From a virus: a stretch of DNA of 45,237 nucleotides. Made by a program: the position numbers and the translations under genes. Shown one piece after another: positions 42,996 to 45,237 of this stretch. The notes under the pieces are model-generated. The model did no database searches and was not told the origin of the DNA. It saw only the letters and a list, made by a program, of their open reading frames with translations. Every line of letters starts with the position of its first letter. Position 1 is the stretch's first letter. The stretch lies in the IMG/VR virus record IMGVR_UViG_3300043172_000354, one strand, 5' to 3'.

Positions 42996-43202
42996 ATGTG
43001 GGAAAATATAGGATGGTTTATACTCGGAGCATTGATCGCCGGACCAGTTGGCTTTCTGGCTTGCGCACTACTGACAGTTGCAAAAGTGTCGGATTCGCAG
43101 GACGAAGCTACGTACCATAAGAAGATCGCTGTTGGCTACGCAACTCGCGTCAACGATCTTGAAACAGAACTCGAACATCGCAAATTGAATGTGGAGGCGT
43201 AA
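42996..43202 (+). CDS. Small membrane protein with coiled-coil tail (holin or i-spanin candidate)
   Basis: TM segment IGWFILGALIAGPVGFLACALLTV followed by a charged helix. Confidence 0.4.
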   Translation: MWENIGWFILGALIAGPVGFLACALLTVAKVSDSQDEATYHKKIAVGYATRVNDLETELEHRKLNVEA

Positions 43203-43380
43203 GAAGATGACAGCCGACGAACTACTACTACTCAAACGAATCCTGCCAGCCTACACAGAAAGCTACAATTGGATGCTAACTGATATTAAGGCGCGAGCGG
43301 ACGAAATTAAACCTGATGACTATTCGCCTGATTTACTTCTGGCGATTACAGCTAAAGGGCTTATGGACAAGGTAATTTAA
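43189..43380 (+). CDS. Hypothetical protein
   Basis: 63-aa ORF overlapping the previous gene's end. Confidence 0.35.
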   Translation: MWRRKKMTADELLLLKRILPAYTESYNWMLTDIKARADEIKPDDYSPDLLLAITAKGLMDKVI

Positions 43381-43393
43381 CAAAGGAGATCAA

Positions 43394-43549
43394 ATGGCAC
43401 ACGCATCATTAAGTAGCGATAACGGAAAAGGAAAGTATCTAAATAAGTCGGGGTCATTCGCATCATGCGGAGATATTTTAAAACCAGCGAAAGCACCAAA
43501 GAAATCCCTTAAGGAGAACAGGGTCAAGGGTAGGAGGTCGGCGTTTTGA
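43394..43549 (+). CDS. Small basic protein (51 aa, below the track cutoff)
   Basis: ATG at 43394 with AAGGAG 5-6 nt upstream. I translated it by hand to TGA at 43547-43549. The antisense track ORF 43390..43578 has no RBS. Confidence 0.4.
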   Translation: MAHASLSSDNGKGKYLNKSGSFASCGDILKPAKAPKKSLKENRVKGRRSAF

Positions 43550-43565
43550 TTGAGCAAAAAGAAAA

Positions 43566-43602
43566 CCCCTGCGAGCATAAAAACATGGAGAACTCGCAGG
43601 GG
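43566..43602. terminator. Convergence-point terminator hairpin
   Basis: cccctgcgag / ctcgcagggg is a perfect 10-bp stem with a 17-nt loop. An A-run on the plus side (aaaaagaaaa) gives a U-tract for minus-arm transcripts. It sits between the last plus-arm and last minus-arm ORFs. Confidence 0.7.
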
Positions 43603-43618
43603 GAAAGTAGATGATTTG

Positions 43619-43798
43619 TTATTTCTTCTTCACCTTATGCTTTTTCTGTGCAACCAAGATTAACCTTTGTCTAACTTTATGACCATGCGATCTCTTTTTT
43701 GATTCAATTAGGGCTTCGTTGGCTTTCTTGGCCGCCACTGATCTGGCTTTTATTATACGCATCTTCGCCCTGAATCTATCTTCTGGTGTATGAAACAT
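43619..43798 (-). CDS. Small highly basic protein (59 aa, below the track cutoff)
   Basis: The ATG at 43798 is separated by 1 nt from the TGA of the upstream gene (TGACATG). Hand translation gives MFHTPEDRFRAKMRIIKARSVAAKKANEALIESKKRSHGHKVRQRLILVAQKKHKVKKK. Confidence 0.45.
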   Translation of the reverse strand: MFHTPEDRFRAKMRIIKARSVAAKKANEALIESKKRSHGHKVRQRLILVAQKKHKVKKK

Positions 43799-43799
43799 G

Positions 43800-44249
43800 T
43801 CAGTCCTTTGTTAGTGTTTTATATTGAGTTTGAAGTTTTCCAATGTCCACCTGAATACCGCCAATCGCAGAATCGGTTCTCTTTGTGGCTTCTGTCTGCT
43901 GCGTCATATGACCTAATATCAAAGTGAACTGTGAAGATATTTTTTCCGCACGAACCTCACCTGCATTATCGGCGTCTTTAAGCTCCCGATAGTCTTCACT
44001 TTGCTTTTCTTGGAGTTTAGCGAGTACGTCCGCTATCCCCTTCATGGCCAGTCTGTCTTCGGCTTGATTTTCAGCGACAGCGTTTATTTCCACGCTTGCC
44101 TTTGTTGCGTTAGATTTAATATCTTTATCGTAAGCCGTGAACTTGCCGCTGCCCGCCCATACAATACCAACCATGCTACCTAAAAGACCCAGCACAAGAC
44201 TTGTTCCTCCTATGTAAATTCCCAACTTCTTCCATTGCTCCTTAGCCAT
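43800..44249 (-). CDS. Single-pass membrane protein with long coiled coil
   Basis: 149 aa. TM segment LGIYIGGTSLVLGLLGSMVGIVWAG. It follows the giant ejection-protein gene. Confidence 0.45.
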   Translation of the reverse strand: MAKEQWKKLGIYIGGTSLVLGLLGSMVGIVWAGSGKFTAYDKDIKSNATKASVEINAVAENQAEDRLAMKGIADVLAKLQEKQSEDYRELKDADNAGEVRAEKISSQFTLILGHMTQQTEATKRTDSAIGGIQVDIGKLQTQYKTLTKD

Positions 44250-44270
44250 GCTGTTTCTCCTTAAGTGTTA

Positions 44271-45237
44271 TTAAAATTTAGGTGCTTTCTTCTTTTTGTC
44301 GTCAGTTTTGGTTTGCGCTATGACTGTTTGAGCAATATCCTTCGCCCCGTAATAAGGCAAGCCCTTGAGTGATGCGATCGCATTGGCCATACTATCAATT
44401 GCAACAAATAATTCTGTTTTCCATTTCAATTTACCTTTATTCGGACCACTCTTATATTTTTCCTCAGTTACGAAATGCTTGCCGGCCAAAGCGAAACCAC
44501 CTATTCCGTCAAGTAGTATATCCTTCAATATCCCCTCAATTGTGCCATCCTGAAAACCACTTTGTCCGAATGTTGGCTTGTCGGCGAAGATATTGAAGTA
44601 ATACCCAAATGCCTCAGCGAACCACCCTCCAAAGAACGGTAACGACAATACATCTTTCACGGCGTCCCTCATGGCATCGGCTACGTCCTTATGCCGCTTC
44701 TTGATCAGAACTGCCCATGCCAGATTATAGGCGGTAAAGGCCGCGAGGTTCATAGCAACGCTGCCCAGGATACGACCGAGCCTTAATGCGTCTTCGTTGG
44801 TCTTCTTACTGTTAACATAATCAGATACGCCATTATTGACCATTCTCACTAATTGCTCACGTTGCGACATGAACATTGTCAGGGACCTAGTTAACGGACT
44901 GAGACTACTGCCGAGCAATGACCTGTCTTTTACATTCCACACAGGCTGCGTATGGCGAACTACCCACTCAAAGCGGTCTTTGAGTAGAGCTTGCCCCGCT
45001 TCGCTGTCTATAGCTACGTCTGGGTTGTTGTCGACAACCTCAGCCTTTGTTGCTCTGTAAAGGTCAACAATAGCATTTGTGTCAAAGAATTTCATCCCAA
45101 GTGCAGTATGGTCGATCAGTGAGGTTTCGCCGGTCAACCAGTTCATCATTGAATTACGCTGGAAAGCATCGCCCACGTCTCGATCGAACTGCAAACTATC
45201 AAACCTTGCTTTCATTTGTGGCGAAAGATCCCGAACG
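44271..45237 (-). CDS. Giant internal virion/ejection polyvalent protein, C-terminal part (unique part 44271..45110, 279 aa + stop)
   Basis: The track ORF 44271..45215 begins at an internal Met. The frame stays open to the window edge and joins 1..4767 in phase through the 127-bp overlap. The C-terminus is lysine-rich (KTDDKKKKAPKF). Confidence 0.9.
   Translation of the reverse strand, partial: VRDLSPQMKARFDSLQFDRDVGDAFQRNSMMNWLTGETSLIDHTALGMKFFDTNAIVDLYRATKAEVVDNNPDVAIDSEAGQALLKDRFEWVVRHTQPVWNVKDRSLLGSSLSPLTRSLTMFMSQREQLVRMVNNGVSDYVNSKKTNEDALRLGRILGSVAMNLAAFTAYNLAWAVLIKKRHKDVADAMRDAVKDVLSLPFFGGWFAEAFGYYFNIFADKPTFGQSGFQDGTIEGILKDILLDGIGGFALAGKHFVTEEKYKSGPNKGKLKWKTELFVAIDSMANAIASLKGLPYYGAKDIAQTVIAQTKTDDKKKKAPKF
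45111..45237. repeat. Terminal exact direct repeat, copy 2 (= 1..127)
   Basis: Identical to bases 1-127 by direct comparison. Confidence 0.95.

Overview
The window is a complete, circularly closed tailed-phage genome (Caudoviricetes, podovirus-like gene order). Bases 1-127 recur exactly at 45111-45237, so the unique length is 45,110 bp.

Two transcription arms diverge at ~28.0-28.2 kb and converge on a strong hairpin at ~43.57-43.60 kb.

- **Minus arm (28003 down to 1, wrapping to 43619):** small and large terminase, three small membrane/basic proteins, and a T7-type portal. Then an island of six small ORFs, scaffold, HK97-type capsid and a decoration-like protein. The tail module follows, with adaptor, fibre, beta-helix tailspike and nozzle. 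It ends with a GNAT-fold protein and internal/ejection proteins.
- **Giant ORF:** the last ejection protein is a 1,868-aa ORF that crosses the window junction. It is absent from the supplied ORF track, and I verified the frame is open by reading triplets.
- **Plus arm (28198 to 43549):** ArdC-N-like/N6A-methyltransferase fusion, Rad50/SbcC-like ATPase, RecT, HD hydrolase, MBL-fold hydrolase and an ASCH protein. Then an SF2 helicase, a replisome organiser carrying a perfect (AAGGAC)17 repeat, a DnaC-like loader, a compact C5-methyltransferase and a RecU-like resolvase. A probable lysis cassette closes the arm.
- **Not seen:** DNA polymerase, RNA polymerase, integrase, reverse transcriptase, tRNA or CRISPR.

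The most unusual observations are:
1. Seven consecutive tail-module proteins, including the nozzle homologue, start with near-identical Sec-type signal-peptide-like N-termini.
2. The giant junction-spanning ejection protein carries an ART-PolyVal-like domain.
3. There is a ~126-nt multi-hairpin element closed by a 14-bp stem in a non-coding gap.
4. A hairpin occludes the Shine-Dalgarno sequence of the major capsid gene.

All family assignments come from motif recognition by eye, not from searches.
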